A stretch of DNA of 64,000 nucleotides from Eremomyces bilateralis CBS 781.70 (Eukaryota). The position numbers and the translations under genes are program-made. This document shows, piece after piece, positions 49,180-62,451 of the stretch. Each line of letters begins with the position of its first letter. Position 1 is the first letter of the stretch. Location of the stretch: NCBI GenBank assembly GCA_010015585.1, contig ML975177.1. One strand, 5' to 3'. The notes beneath the pieces are model-generated. The model made no database searches. It was not told where the DNA came from and was given only the letters and a program-made list of their open reading frames with translations.

Positions 49180-50463
49180 CGGCGCGTCCGGTAGGCGTCT
49201 GACGGTCCCGATGTCCCGACATATCCACCGCGGCTAGAGCAGTTAGTTTGATCAACGGCGGTTCATTGCTCGTTATTTGGTTCAGCAAAGTGCATTTTAA
49301 CTCCCATCCATCATCTTGGGTCACCTAAACCCAGGGTTCACGTCTCGACCAGCGAGTGAGAGACCGAATCTGCGACCGTGACGACCCGCCACAGGACACA
49401 GAGCCCGGTTTGCATGCCGGTTGGCAGCAGGTGTCTCGGGAAAGACATGCTCAAAAACCTGACGAGTGGGTGTGAATAATTCTTGAACATGAAGGGTGCT
49501 AAGTCGAAGGGAGAACGAATGTGGGTGACAATGGTGACGGCCGGACCAATCAATAGCCAAAGCAGACCTACAGGAGAGACACGCTAGATGCAGCTGAACC
49601 CTAAGTGACCTTCAGTCGCAGCCTTTCTTCACCGATACTATTGGACTTGAAAGAAATTGTTCTCTAGACGATTATGCGTTAAAGCAGGTGGCGAACCCCT
49701 AACAGATACAATAACTGAAGACAGAATGCGCTGACGAGAGGGCTGCAGTATGCCCTTTGACGAGGACGGGCTTTGGGCCTGTGGCGGTCAGCAAGACGGT
49801 TTTCCAGAGGCTTCCGTTCAACTTTATTCAACTTTGTCGGTCAAGCCGAGACTCATAGCTAGATGCTTTCGAGAGCCGATGGGGAATTCTAGCGGGGAGG
49901 CAGTACCTCCTGTCTGACAGCTTATATACGACCTGCGGCCTGAAAAGTTCTCCCAAATCATCTCCATGCGGAGCCATTTCCGTTCAGATGAATAGAATAG
50001 TCCAGGCCATCAAAGACTGGCTTTGTGGAGTCTTGGGGAATTCTTTCGACAAGCGGGTCGAGATTCGGAATCCAGAATCAGTCCTTCTCACATGAAAGTC
50101 TTGTTTCGTCAGGAAAGGGGATTTTCAAGACAATTGGAGAAATATGAACTTTGCCTGACCATATGTTCCTTCTCATTCATGCTATCATTGAGTACATTGT
50201 GCACAGTACGGGTAGGAATTATAGAACGAACACGCTGTTGTGAATAGGTACTAACTTTACTACTGAAAACCCAACGAACGGTGTTCCCTAGAAATGCTTT
50301 ACGTCATACGGTAATACAGTATAAAGACGCCAACTCTACGTTAATGAACCCCTGGACAACCAAACTGCATAGTACAATATCTATACTTAGTCCACTAGAG
50401 TCAGTTGATCACATTATCAATTCAATAGTAACCACGAAGCATACCCCATAAATCATAAATGCA

Positions 50464-51201
50464 ATGGGAAAAATTGTCAAGATGCCGAGCTTGAACGGTA
50501 AGAGCTCACCATTACCACACCGACACCTCTCCAACGGAGATCCCCCATCGAATGCTAACACACTCCAGTCCTCCGTCAACCTCTCCGCATCCATTCCACC
50601 CAACCCACAACAGGCTTCCTCCGCAGCGGCTACTGCGAAGTCCCCTACTCCGACGTCGGGAACCACTCCATCGCAGGTACGTCCACGTCCTACCCCGTCT
50701 CACGGGCTCCTCCCTACCCCTTCCATCACCTACCTTTGACTATCAGAATGTCAGTCCGCGGCTGACGTCTCCCAGCGATCGTCACCGACTCCTTTCTCGA
50801 CTTCTCCGCTGTCCGCGGCAACGACCTCCGCCGCGCCGGGCTGACGCAGGGCTGTAAATGGTGTCTCTGCGCCGCGCGGTGGAAGGAGGCGTTGTGGGCG
50901 TATCGGGAGGGGAGGGGGAGAGGGGAGGATGTGCCGGAGGATATGGTGCCGAAGTAAGTAATGCTAATATCTGTGGCGATGCGATGTGCAGGGGATTCCG
51001 CTCAGCGGGTCGCTCGTCTGGGGTACATGCTGATGGGTTGACAGGGTGGATTTGGATGCCACGAATGTGAGGGCTCTGGATGTGGTAGATGTGGAGGATC
51101 TGAGGAGCCATGGGTTGCCAAGGCCAGAGCAGAATGGACTAAATGGGGTAAACGGTGCGACCGGGGTGAACGGGATCAATGGTGTCAATGGAGTACACTG
51201 A
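50464..51201 (+). CDS. DUF2237-family protein with C-terminal NGx repeats
   Basis: Four exons splice to ...LNVLRQPL...TTGFLRSGYC...GNHSIA|AIVTDSFLDFS...GNDL...GCKWCLCAARW...VP|.VDLDATN. Start at 50464 or 50482. Confidence 0.82.
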
Positions 51202-51550
51202 TGGCTTCTTTAATGAATTATGACTGTAATTGGTGACTACATGATATCATATGACGAATACTAGATACAAGCTTAAAATGAGGGTATCTCGGGTCAATCT
51301 TAGCGGTCATCAATCCCCATCAGGCGTCCTGACGTGGCCGGGCTCTTTCGAGCGGAGGGGTCGTAGATGCCTTTCCTCGCGGTAAAAGGCGTCTGGTTTG
51401 ATCGTGGATCCCTCAAAACGCCAAACGCCATCCTGGTATGCCTGTGTTGTACAAACGGGCGAAAACAAAAACCCTCTCCTATCAAGAATACACAAATATC
51501 AACATCGTACTATCTGACAGAATGGTAGGCGCGATCTGGTGGTAGATGAC

Positions 51551-52805
51551 TTAGATAAAGAGGACCAGGTAGACGCCGGCCAAGCCCATCAGGTAAACGA
51601 GACCAAGCTTGTTCATGTATTGCGGAACGGCCGCGCTGCTAGAACCGCTGCTAGAACCGCTGCTAGAACCGCTGCCAGAACCGCTGCCACCGGATGCAGT
51701 GGTGCCGTTCGGCAAGGTACCATTGATGATAATCGTGCTCGTGCCGTTGACATCCGCCACATTGACCAGCGTCTTGTTGAGCGCCGCGTACGATCCGTTG
51801 CCAATGACCGAGACAATATAGTTCGGATCGTCGTTCTCTTCGCACCCGCAGACGGAATACTCCTGGCACAAGCAGATGACCGGCTTCGTCTGGTTGGATG
51901 TCGCTGGCTGCGCCGATTCGTTGCGGAATCGCCAGGGGCGGTCGTAGTGGTACGGATAGACGGACCAGAGCCACAGGCCGGGCAGCAGAGCGAGCGCCGC
52001 GACAGGGAGGAGGAGAAGCCCCGGGGAGAGGCCGCGGCCGGTTCGCCCACCAGACGCATAAGGGGCGGCGGCGCCACCGCCATAGTATCCTCCGCCATAC
52101 GCGGGTCGCACACCGGAGCCCGCGGCGCTCCGGCCGCCAGCGTTTGAGCTGCTGGAAGTTCCGCCACGGGAGGACGAGGAACCGCTAGATCCACTACTGC
52201 TGGACCCACCTGGAGATAGCATTGTTAGATGGAACAGCAAACGCCAATCGTGAAAGGAGGAGGGGCTTCTAGGGGGATGTGTAGATGTCATGTCGTATGG
52301 GAAGGAACGAAGCAGGTGCATCGTATGCCATCCCTAACACCAGGACACGCATCACCCTGGGAAAATATGCCGATGAAAGGACTGTGATTCTTGACTTACC
52401 GCTTGATGAACCCGATCCACTTCTGCCGCCCGAGGAGCCGCTGCTACTACTACCCGAGGAGCTGCTGCCTAAATGCGTATTTGATGAGCCATGTCCCGAC
52501 CAAGGATAATAATATGAAGGATAATAATACGGATAAGAATATGAATAATAAGGGAGGTATGAAGATAATGAAAACTTGGAGGAAGGAGATGAAAAAGAAT
52601 ACATACTTCCGCCGCCGCCGCCGCGTCCGCCGCCACCGCGTCGCTTCTCCAGCGCATTCGTCTCGGCATCCCGCTCGTCGAACGATGCGACCGCTACTAT
52701 GGCGCCATGCTCCGGTGACCGGTGCTCCAACTCGCTCGGGATGATGAGCGCATTGCTGACGGCCGTGGCAACCAGAGCCGTCGTGAGAGTGTGGAAGACT
52801 TTCAT
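51551..52805 (-). CDS. Secreted Gly/Ser-rich protein, probably GPI-anchored or membrane-bound
   Basis: Signal peptide MKVFHTLTTALVATAVSNA, LEKR Kex2-like site, introns 52469-52606 and 52210-52399, CLCQEYSVCGC, hydrophobic C-terminus after Ser/Gly repeats (12-bp DNA repeat about 51635-51690). Confidence 0.8.
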
Positions 52806-54396
52806 GGCGAAAGCGCGGGAGAGAGAGCGGGGTGTGTATGGGATAGATGCGACTGGAGTCGAATAGTCTTGTGCGCAGTGCGACTGGAGGTCGAGGTGTT
52901 GGTAAACGAAGTCTTGGAAGGTGCCGAACACGGCGCATTTAAAGGGAACGAAGCATACCTAATGTGATTCTCGCGATGGGTTTGTTTGGTTCTTTGGGGG
53001 TTTGCAACCGAATTTGAGGAGTCACGAGCCGGAATGTGGTGGATGAAGTAGGAACTCAACCGTGAATCGAGAATTTGGCGGAGATAGAAAACAGGACACC
53101 GCTGGAACCAATGGTATAATATATAGAAAAGTGAACCGGAGATGTAATTGGGGGGGCGAGGACGGGCCGTATCATTTATTATCAAATCCTGCTGGATGAG
53201 GCTGTGACGTTCATATCACGCAGGGATGGCATCCTTGTCGTGGAGCCGTGCCGTCCATCCCATACGAAATGAACAGCGATCCTCTCCCACCGAGGCCCCC
53301 AAGCAGCCCAATTATGCATCGCACATCATGCCAGGCTAGGAACGAATGGGCAGCAATACGAGCGCGGTGCCGGAGATCACGCATCGCCGCCCGTGTACTG
53401 GAGCACAGCCCCCAGCTCGCCAACAGGACAAAGGGTCTTCCACCACAAGTGACAAGGCTGAGTCCCCTGTAACTCTTTGATCATTATTACTTCGCAATGC
53501 CATCACAATTTCTAGGTTCGAGGGTGTCTTTGGAAATGGGCCAATGGGCAAATGGAGGATCGTCACATCGCCATCGTCGTGGGCCATCGTTGGCGGGGGT
53601 ATGCCTCGCTGCTGCGGCGTCAGGGTGGCCCGTTGCAGAATGAAACACCGCCCAATAACTCTACCCGGACCGTGGTCTCTCGATGGTCACCTTGGCGGCC
53701 CCAGTCGCGGTTCAAAGTGAGGAATGGTTTGCCACGTTAATACGGTCATCCTGCATCAGGAGGGGAACAAAAAATGCGCGGAAAATCAGTCTGCCTTGCA
53801 TCTCCCCGAATTCCAAATTGGGCTGACTTCCCCCCAACTTAATTAATGGTACCTTAGTCACCTTCCCCGGTTGATTCATCATCCCTCGTGAGTCGTGACG
53901 AGCATTCCAGGCAATCTTCGAGGAATTTGGGTTGCCGTCAAAGAGCTCCCGCTGGTCGGGTTCTCGGTCCTCACTCGCTCCCCCAGGGACTCCTTTACCT
54001 TGGTAGCAGTGGTACGTACAGTGGGATTCGGGAGCTAGACAGATCATGTGGGGGCTAGTTAGCGTAGATGTAGAACTACAGTATCAACTTTTCAACATCA
54101 CACTGCATTCGCACACTAATTCCAACAATTCCAAGACCGAATGGTCGGAGCCAAACCATGGGCGTATGGATCTCGCCACTCAGGGGGTACGTACCGACAT
54201 TTACCATCCAGTCAGACCTCAGATAAGAGGTTGGGAATCCGCCACCTGGCGTTCTTGACTCGGCGGGACTCATTTAGAAACTTAAAGAGGCGATACCGCC
54301 CTGTGCACGGCAGATTGCTTGGTTTTAGATTTGCTTGATGTCCCTATACCGTGGTGGATGCGTTCAAGTACCCAGGCACGCCAGGTCCGCCTTGAC

Positions 54397-54498
54397 ACAC
54401 TCGACCGAAGTTGAAGGTGTGAAGTTGCCTACCGTGATGTATGCGTTTGAGTGCCAAGGTACTCCTCGACACTCAACCGAAGTTAAAGCTGTGAAGTT
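54397..54498. repeat. Two 30-bp direct repeats (27/30 identical) with 72-bp period
   Basis: acactcgaccgaagttgaaggtgtgaagtt (54397-426) vs acactcaaccgaagttaaagctgtgaagtt (54469-498). Confidence 0.8.
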
Positions 54499-54948
54499 AT
54501 GGCCATCCCTGAAGTCTGTCTACTGCGTTGGATACGATCCACAATATCGATCCGACTCATCAACAATCCCATCGCACCATGATGCACGTGCAAGTATTAT
54601 TCGCCATGTGACCCGATAGTACGCCGATGATAGATATGTCCATGGCACGATACACGCATTTGGAGCACGTAGGCATACGATTCACCAGCAATAAATCAGA
54701 TCAACCACTCCGAACGAGACAACCAATTCAAGTGATGATTTACGCTAAAGAAGAGGGCAGACATCCGGGACGACTACCGCATGACTATCCATCTAAACCG
54801 GAACCCCCTGCCACCCGAACAATCAATGACATCCTAAGCGTCGCGTCGTCGCAAAGGAGACGGGAGATAACTTTTGGCCCACAATGGTCCCATTCATCAC
54901 TGCGTCCAGGAGCATCCTCGGATGCTATCGCAGTGTCCACAGCCCAAC

Positions 54949-57371
54949 CTACTGGTCTAATTCCACATAGTTCGCGGGGAAGAGGCCCTTGTGGCCTCCG
55001 AACTCTCCGATCCACCAGTCGTCATCCGGGAATTCCTGGAGTCATTAGTAAATACCGTTGAACATAGGGCGTCGATACTTACCACATTAGTGATCTTCGC
55101 ACCGTCGGGGAAGCTCAGCTCGTTTTCTTCGGCGGCTTCGTAGTCATACATTGCCGTAGCAGTAGGCCCGGATTCCGTCGCAGGAGGCGCCGCAGCCGGT
55201 GGAGCCGGTGGAGCCGATGGAGCGGCGCCGGGTGCATCGTCTTCGACCAGTTCAACGTAGTTGCTCGGGAACAACCCCGTCTCCCCTTGCTCATTCTGCC
55301 CGATCCACCAATCTTCATCGACCATGTCGATGTTGCTGATCGTCGCGCCTTCGCGAAGCTCAATCTCGTTGTCTTCCGCCTTCTCGTAATCGTACTGCGC
55401 AATGGCCGTTTTGCCGCCTTGGGCCTGCGACTGCGTCGTGGGCGCATCCTGGCCAAAGGTTGACGCTGCGATGGCGTGGCTCGCGCCTCGCGCTGGATCG
55501 TCATCCTGAGCGGTGGGTTCGGCGGGAACTTCACGGGCAGCCACCGCAGCTTGAGCGACGGGCTGCACGGGAATACGCGGAGGCTCTTCTTCCTCCTCTT
55601 CCGGCTCCGGCACCGCCCCACGTCCGACGGGCATGGCGACGCGGATCGGAGAGCTAGGTCGACGGGCCATGGGCTCTTCCTCTTCCTCGGGCGACGGGGA
55701 TCGTGGTTGCGGCGGGGGAATTGGCACGTTGACCCTTTGAGTGGCCGGGATCTCTTCTGCCGCCGGCTTGGTCGATAGTTCCATCGGCGGGGGGACGGGG
55801 CGAGAAGTGGCAGGAACTCCCATGGGGGGTGCCTCTTTGAAGCGGTCACGGATCGATCCGATACCACCACTGGGCTGTTCATCCTCCGGCGCTTCCGCTC
55901 GGGAATCGGGCTGGCTAGTGTTGCTGACGGCCGACTGCCCGGTGCGGGTAGTCTGGACCGCTCCCCATTTTTTCCCCGCGTATCCGCTCTCCCATCCACC
56001 GTCGCCGCTTTTCTGGTTGGCAATGGACGGAGCCGCGCCGGGGAAGCCGGCAGAAGGAGTAGGGACAGCATCACCCCGTCCAAGAGCCTTCTTCTCGGCC
56101 CATAGCTGGGCGGGGGTCTTGCCACCCTGGTCGGCAAAGGTTCGACTGGCGATTCCCACTGGCGCCGCAGTAGGGGCTGTCTTCGGCTGGAAGCCTCCGG
56201 GCGCGGGCGCTTTGGTTCCGGCGAAGTTAGGAGCTGCTCCGAATTTGTTTGCAACTTTCGGCTTCGGCAGGCTGGTCAGCCTTTCCGATTGACTGAAGGC
56301 TGATGACCGCTCGGACAAGGATTTCGGTTGCTGATCGGCGTCACCTCCTGTTGCAGCAGGGCTCATAGCTGGAGAGGTCGACGCAGAGCCAGGACCTTGT
56401 GCTCGTGCTCGGATGGCGGCGATGTCGACTTTGCCGACCGGTTCGTACGAGCCTTTGACAACAGTAGGTCTATCGTCCCGCACGTTCCCAGATTCCTTAG
56501 CTTGTCGACGTAGCTCGGCAATATCGACTTTGCCGACTGGTTGGTATGCACCTTTGACAACGTCGCTCCGAGCTCCACTCGTATCTTCCTGTTGTCGGAA
56601 GGGCAGTTTCGTCGACTCATCTCGGCCGGAGGAGAGCGAGGCCATGTCCACCTTTGTAGGCTTGTATGCCGGCGCCACTTTCTCAAGTTGAGACCTCGTA
56701 ACCGGAGGGGCATCTTCCCCCCATCCGTCACCATCAGTCGGCCCAGAGGGTTGGGCTACCCTCGTCCGCGATCCAAGGGGGTTGAATCCACTTGAGCTTC
56801 CACCGATCTGGGTAGGAGTGAAAACTGGCTTAGAGGCAGCAGGTGGAGGAGGGGCATTCGAGGATTTGGTGGCAGGGCCACCGGAGTACTTCGAGCCCGA
56901 CGCATCCGAAACCTTTTGGATGATTGCCTCGGGGCTCAAATCCCGATCCGATCGAGCGGTGACCTGGACATGGTAGCCGTGCAATAGCTTCGATACCGCA
57001 GCCAAATGACTCGTGAAATATCCCTTCGTCCGTTCCGGGACGCCCTCGCCGCACCAGGCGATGAGGACACTCTTTGGCAAGGTGGTATTCGGGTCCTTGA
57101 CCTTAACGAATGCAAATTGGATCCGGCCATCGGAAAACTCCTCCAAAAGGTCCACCAACTCTCCTTCTCCAGTAGTTTGCACCTTCAGGACGCTCTCTTT
57201 ACCGGCGTCCTGCTGGAAGGCGCTAACAAGCGGTGCAGCAACCGAGAAAAGAGCCCACTGGCCGTAGGTGGGGGAGGCCGCGGGGCCGGCGGATGTGAGG
57301 GTTGCGTTGACGACGTTCTGGTAGCTTTTTGTGATGGATGGCCCGTTAGCCGAGAGGTTGAGAGTTGCCAT
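54949..57371 (-). CDS. ABP1: Actin-binding protein Abp1/drebrin-like (ADF-H + two SH3)
   Basis: ATG at 57371 (MATLNLSANG). ADF-H (LIAWCGEGVP), YQPVGKVDI repeats, SH3 AQYDY...DWW...GLFPSNYV, and a second SH3 completed after an intron at about 55037-55082 (EFPDDDWW...GLFPANYV..*). Confidence 0.92.
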
Positions 57372-58233
57372 GATGCTAAAATGTCTGACTTGGAGAGACG
57401 GATCAGCTTCGGTAATCGATATCAGTAGTTGCTTCAAGCCGGATTCAGGGAAAGCCAAACATGAGCGGTCTGACGTACCTGTACCACAGCAAGCAGCAGC
57501 GATCCGGAAGAGATTGGCAGACTTGGGTATGTAAGAACTTCTCGAAGGTGATGGAGAGAGTATGAATTGTAGTCACACAATGGGAAGGGAGAAAAGAGTG
57601 AGGTGGCTTCGATACGTACGTACAAGGTAAAATTGAGGAGAGCAGCAATGCATGGTGACGCTGGAGACATCCGCATTCACAATCCGCTCCGAGAGGCGGA
57701 AAGCTTCGAAGTTGGGGGGGCGACAGGGGGAGAGGAGGGGGCGCAGTGTATGGTAATGTTTACTGTAAATTTATGTAATCGGTATTTCTGGTGTACTAAC
57801 ATAAGTTACACGCTGACATCAACAATAGCGTCACCCCCCCGATTTCCAGGGCCCGCGATGTGCTCTTGACCTGATTGGCTGCCCTACTTTATCCATTCGT
57901 GATATCCTCTCTCCACCTGCGACATGGACACTTATCATGGACACTTCTCATGAACAACGAGGCGATGAATGCTTTTATAGCCTGGGTTCCTGACCTGTTC
58001 AGCGTCATCTCCGTTCAAAGCGGGTTCTACCATATATGGATGACTTCTCCGTGTTTGCGTAGCCACGTATTCCTAGTGAGAGGCAGCAGCCATTTTGCCC
58101 CTTGACCATCAAACCCGTCCACATGAGCATGCAGCATTTATCCCTGGGTTAACTCCACCTCATCATGATGCCATATATATTCTCGACTCCCCTTAGAAGC
58201 CCTGGGTCAATATTTGACCCTTAGGCTAGGGCC

Positions 58234-61200
58234 ATGGAACAACTCGTGGATGGTCAGGAAACGAATCCAAATACGTTCTACGCTGCCCATCCATCCTCTG
58301 GTACTCACCGCGAATCTATGACCCCGGCCTTCGATGGCTCGAATAAACGAAAGGCTATACCGGCTAGCGAAGCTTCTAACAAGAGACTGAGAAAGTCTCC
58401 CGGTCTACATGGTGGCCTACAATGGTGCGGTGGATTGCCAGGGGAGATATGGCAGCGTGTCTTCCTACAGCTTCTGCCATTCGATCTCGGTCGCTTGTTA
58501 CGCGTTAATGGAGCATTCAATTATTGGCTCACCAATGTTGAAGCGGAATCAAAACACACCGATTCTCCTCAGCTTCCGCGCCTTGCGTCGAGCACAATAT
58601 GGGCACAATCCAGGGCAAAGCAGTCTTCAAGGATGCCCAAGCCCATTCAGCCAGCGTCGGAACAGCGAATGTGGCAGTTAATATGCGGTACAGCCTGCCA
58701 ATTCTGTGGACGACGGGATTCACGAGCCCGTTCGTCGGGGAGTCATGCTGGAGATGGAAAGGCGACAAGTGGGACACATATCGTCTGGCCATTCTTGTTG
58801 CGGTCCTGCTTAGATTGCTTGGAGGCGAGATGTGAAACTGTACGATACAAACGTCGAAGTTGTACCGTCTGCTAATTGCAATTAGGAGGACGATTTGTTC
58901 TTTTCAGAACAGTCCCATCTCCGAGCCGCTCTACCATATCTTCCCGTGGACGACGACCGCAACATATTACTATTCCGCAATATCCATGCGCAGTTGAACG
59001 CCAGCCGACCAGGAACTGTCACAAAGTGGTTCTACAAACGCGACGTCAAGAATTTGGAGGGTGAACTCGCCGAGAAGCTCAATAGCGTGGGCAAGGCTGC
59101 TACGCGGGATTGGTTTGAAGGGCTGAAACAAACTGCCCGGGAACGAATTCGCGAGTACATCGCATGGGAGACCTGGTTTCATTTCGAAGGCAATAATCTT
59201 GCAAAACAGAAGAAGCCATCGTCTCATACCTTGGAAGACGAGTTTGTCCCTCTCTCCGGCCGCTCCGTTTCCAATCCGCCAACAGATGATGCAAATCGGC
59301 CGTCGACCTTTGCGTACCCCCCTGCACATGCAACACATCCATTAGCAGACAAACCCTCCAATGGAAGAAACGATATGACCGCCAAAGAAATGCAAGAGTT
59401 GGAATGGAAACGACTGCAGGAGCCAGTGAGAGCCGAACTAGGGACCATCGCGGACAACTTTATAAGAATGAATTGGTCCAACGGCTCCCTGGTGAGCAAA
59501 GAAAACTGCTCAAAATTTGCTGCTGAAGTTCTTCTGGGCGTGCGCCGCAACTACTACCAAAATTCATCCAGCGGTGGTGGACGAGTAGGGGCAGAAATGC
59601 TGCCCGGCAAGCAAAAGTTAGTGTTGGAGAACATGAAGTGGGTGTTCGACAACAAGATCCGCCAGCATACGGATCCGCTCCGGAAGGAACTGTTCTTCTG
59701 CAGCAGTGAAGGGTGTCGGGGGACGTTCAAACAGTATGCTTTCGAAGGTGTTATCCAGCACTTTGGGGCGAGGCATACTCCCAACTTCCGTGTCGGTGGG
59801 ACGACGTTGAACTGGCAAGCCGCAGAATGGCCCGAGGACCCTCCCTTCCATCCAGACCCCAACTCCTTGAAGTCAAATCCTGCGTTTTCCGGATTCTTCC
59901 CTCAGCCGCCCGGTTCGGCGTTTGGCTACGGTGGGTATTCTCGGGCCGCTTCCATCACGCCTCATCGAGGCCAGGTTCCATTCCTTCCCCCGCAGATGAG
60001 TCCGGCCGCAGTTCCACCGGCGCAACTTTCTGGATCTCCTCAGACTGGTTATAGACTCCCAGGTGCTCCCGCCGGACAATATGGTGGATTTTCTCCGGCT
60101 CCTCCGCTCGGACAGGTGCCCCTTGGATATCCCGGACATGTATCCGGATTGCCTGGATCCGATGGCGTAGATGCGTTTACCGCAAACAATAACTCTCAGT
60201 TTCCTCTTGTTAGCGGTCCGCCAAATACTAACCCGATGCCAGGTGCAGTGCCATGGAATTCCGGGCCCAGTACATCTCAATCCATTCCTGTGTCTATTCT
60301 CGGTCCAGAACACGCCCATGACCAAATGGAGCGCGACGCAGAACATCCCTTTGTCCACCCAGAACCAGTGAGATCAGCCCAGGATTCAAGCGCAGCATAT
60401 CCTCTTCTAAGGACCGAGAATCCACCGAGTACTACTCGAGATGTTTCTGGTCATATATCCGAAAAGGCGCGCTACGCATGGGATATCATGGACAGCCCCG
60501 CTATCCCTTTGTCTGTCCGGATGTTTGTCGCTATTTATCATGCATTGTCAAGTTTGCTTACTGATGCGGCCGTTTTGGAAGTCTTGTATGATGTTGTGAA
60601 CAAGCATGGGCTGATGCATCCCTTAAAGCTGGCTGGACCTCTTTCCTGCCGAAGCTGCGTGACTGTCGGGGACCGTTCTGGTCGGCCCGCAAGTGGCCCT
60701 CATGCCGAACGTCAATTTTCCACCTTTTCTGCTCTGTTGTCGCACTTTAGGGACGAACATACCCGCCCCGGATCATATGCGAACTTCCCGGCGTGGCTGA
60801 TTGATATGATTGCATTGCCGGAAGCCGCCGTGCTGGTCTATATTCACGACCATCCAAGCATGACGGTGAGGGCTCGCAAACTCCTCCGCGAGGCTTTCCC
60901 GACGGTCTTCAAGCAACATGCTCCGGAGACACGATCACCTAGCACTACCAGTGGACTCTCCACCCTGGAACGTAAGGCACCGGTTCCTGGGCAGCGTGAT
61001 AGGACCCTGCAGCATCTTCGGGCGGAGAGTCCTCATTCGGACTCCATGCCGAAGATTAAGAGCGAAGGCTCGGCCAGTTATGCTGCGACACCATATGACA
61101 CTCCGGCATCGATCCCCGCTCGAGTTCTTCCTAGAAGGAGATCGCCCATGGACATTGAACATGGATTGCACCACGGAACGACACCTAGATCGTACCAAAT

Positions 61201-62290
61201 TCTTCCTGAGGGACAGGGCGAATGGATCCAGGACGATGGGCGCCCAGCAGACCGTTACGAGGAACCGTTATCTTCCACAGTCGATCATTATCGTGCGCGA
61301 CCGGATGCATATGAAAGGGTGCATTATGAACAAGCAGGAGCAAGGGTATTTTACCGTGATGGCGTAAGGTATGAACGAGTTCCACGGTACGAAGGAGCCA
61401 GAGTGGAAGACGACTACGACATCTTCCTTGATGATTACCCTTCCGGTCGTCCTATTGGCGCGAGATCATCCTATCGTGACAGTTATCCAGCCTCTGCCCA
61501 AGAAGGATATTTTGAACCAGGGCTGCGCGAGGTTAATGCACCAGGACACTCGGAACCAGTCTACATTACCGATCCATATGGACCAGAATTTCGTCCCAGA
61601 CAACGACTCAGCACCGGCGTGGAACCAGTGGAACCAGTGGACGACCCTTATGATCGAGATACCAGATATGCTCGTTACCGCTCTAGCCGCGAGGCCGGAC
61701 GAGCGCGCCATGCCTATCATACAGGCCAAGGACGGCGCCCACCACACATCACCGGTGGCCGACCGATACCTGCGAGACAGAAATACGTGCGATACGCTGC
61801 GCAGAGGGAGCTTTTGACCAAGGAGCCATCTCTTCCCCCTCCTGGATACCGAGCCGAGCCCCCGAGGCCGGGGGATTACCGAGAGTCGAGTACCGGCCCA
61901 CCGCGACATGCACCGGGACCTAGATATCTGCCCCACGAAGACCGACGGTCGATCGAGCCCGACCACGAGCAAGATGCGCACCCCGCCCGGCAACACATGT
62001 ATCGAGACGAGCTTCATCCCGACGAAGTGGATGCCGAGTTCGTCCGATATCGAGAACTACCCCGAGGGCCGGATACGGAGTATTACGATGACCCGCCGAG
62101 CGCTAACCGTGCGGGAGAACGCGCCCTACCGCGATATTACGATGTCGTGGAAGCGCCATACGAAGGCCCTCGGCGGAGTTCGCAGCTGGGCTCGGAACGG
62201 GAAGCCCGGCAGCAGGACGCCGTGGCGGGGCCTCAGGAGGAGCTTTTGCCGCCAGCAAGAGCTCCGGGATACGTTGAGCCGCCGAGTTGA
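58234..62290 (+). CDS. F-box-like domain protein with Zn-finger-like motifs and disordered C-terminus
   Basis: LPGEIWQRVF.....DLGRLLRVN (F-box-like), CQFC...CLDC, intron 58840-58885, CSSEGC...IQHFGARH, CRSC...LLSHFRDEH. Confidence 0.75.
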
Positions 62291-62451
62291 AGCTGTGGAG
62301 ATCACTGGTAGTGGAGGATGTGGAATAGACTCTATTGTATCTCCTAGATCAGACGCTGGTGATATCTAAGCTCTGTTGAACGCTATATAAAATGCCAGTT
62401 CTTCCATAACAGTCGAAAGTATGATGCTGATGATAGCCCTGTCGCTCTCCC

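Noticed and set aside
49593..49603. GAACCCTAA, a near match to a telomerase RNA template in a 1.3-kb spacer
   Set aside because: Only an 8-nt match (AACCCTAA), which is expected by chance; I recognised no pseudoknot or CR4/5 element.
54397..54498. Repeat-spacer-repeat resembling CRISPR
   Set aside because: Only two imperfect copies in a eukaryotic genome with no cas genes.
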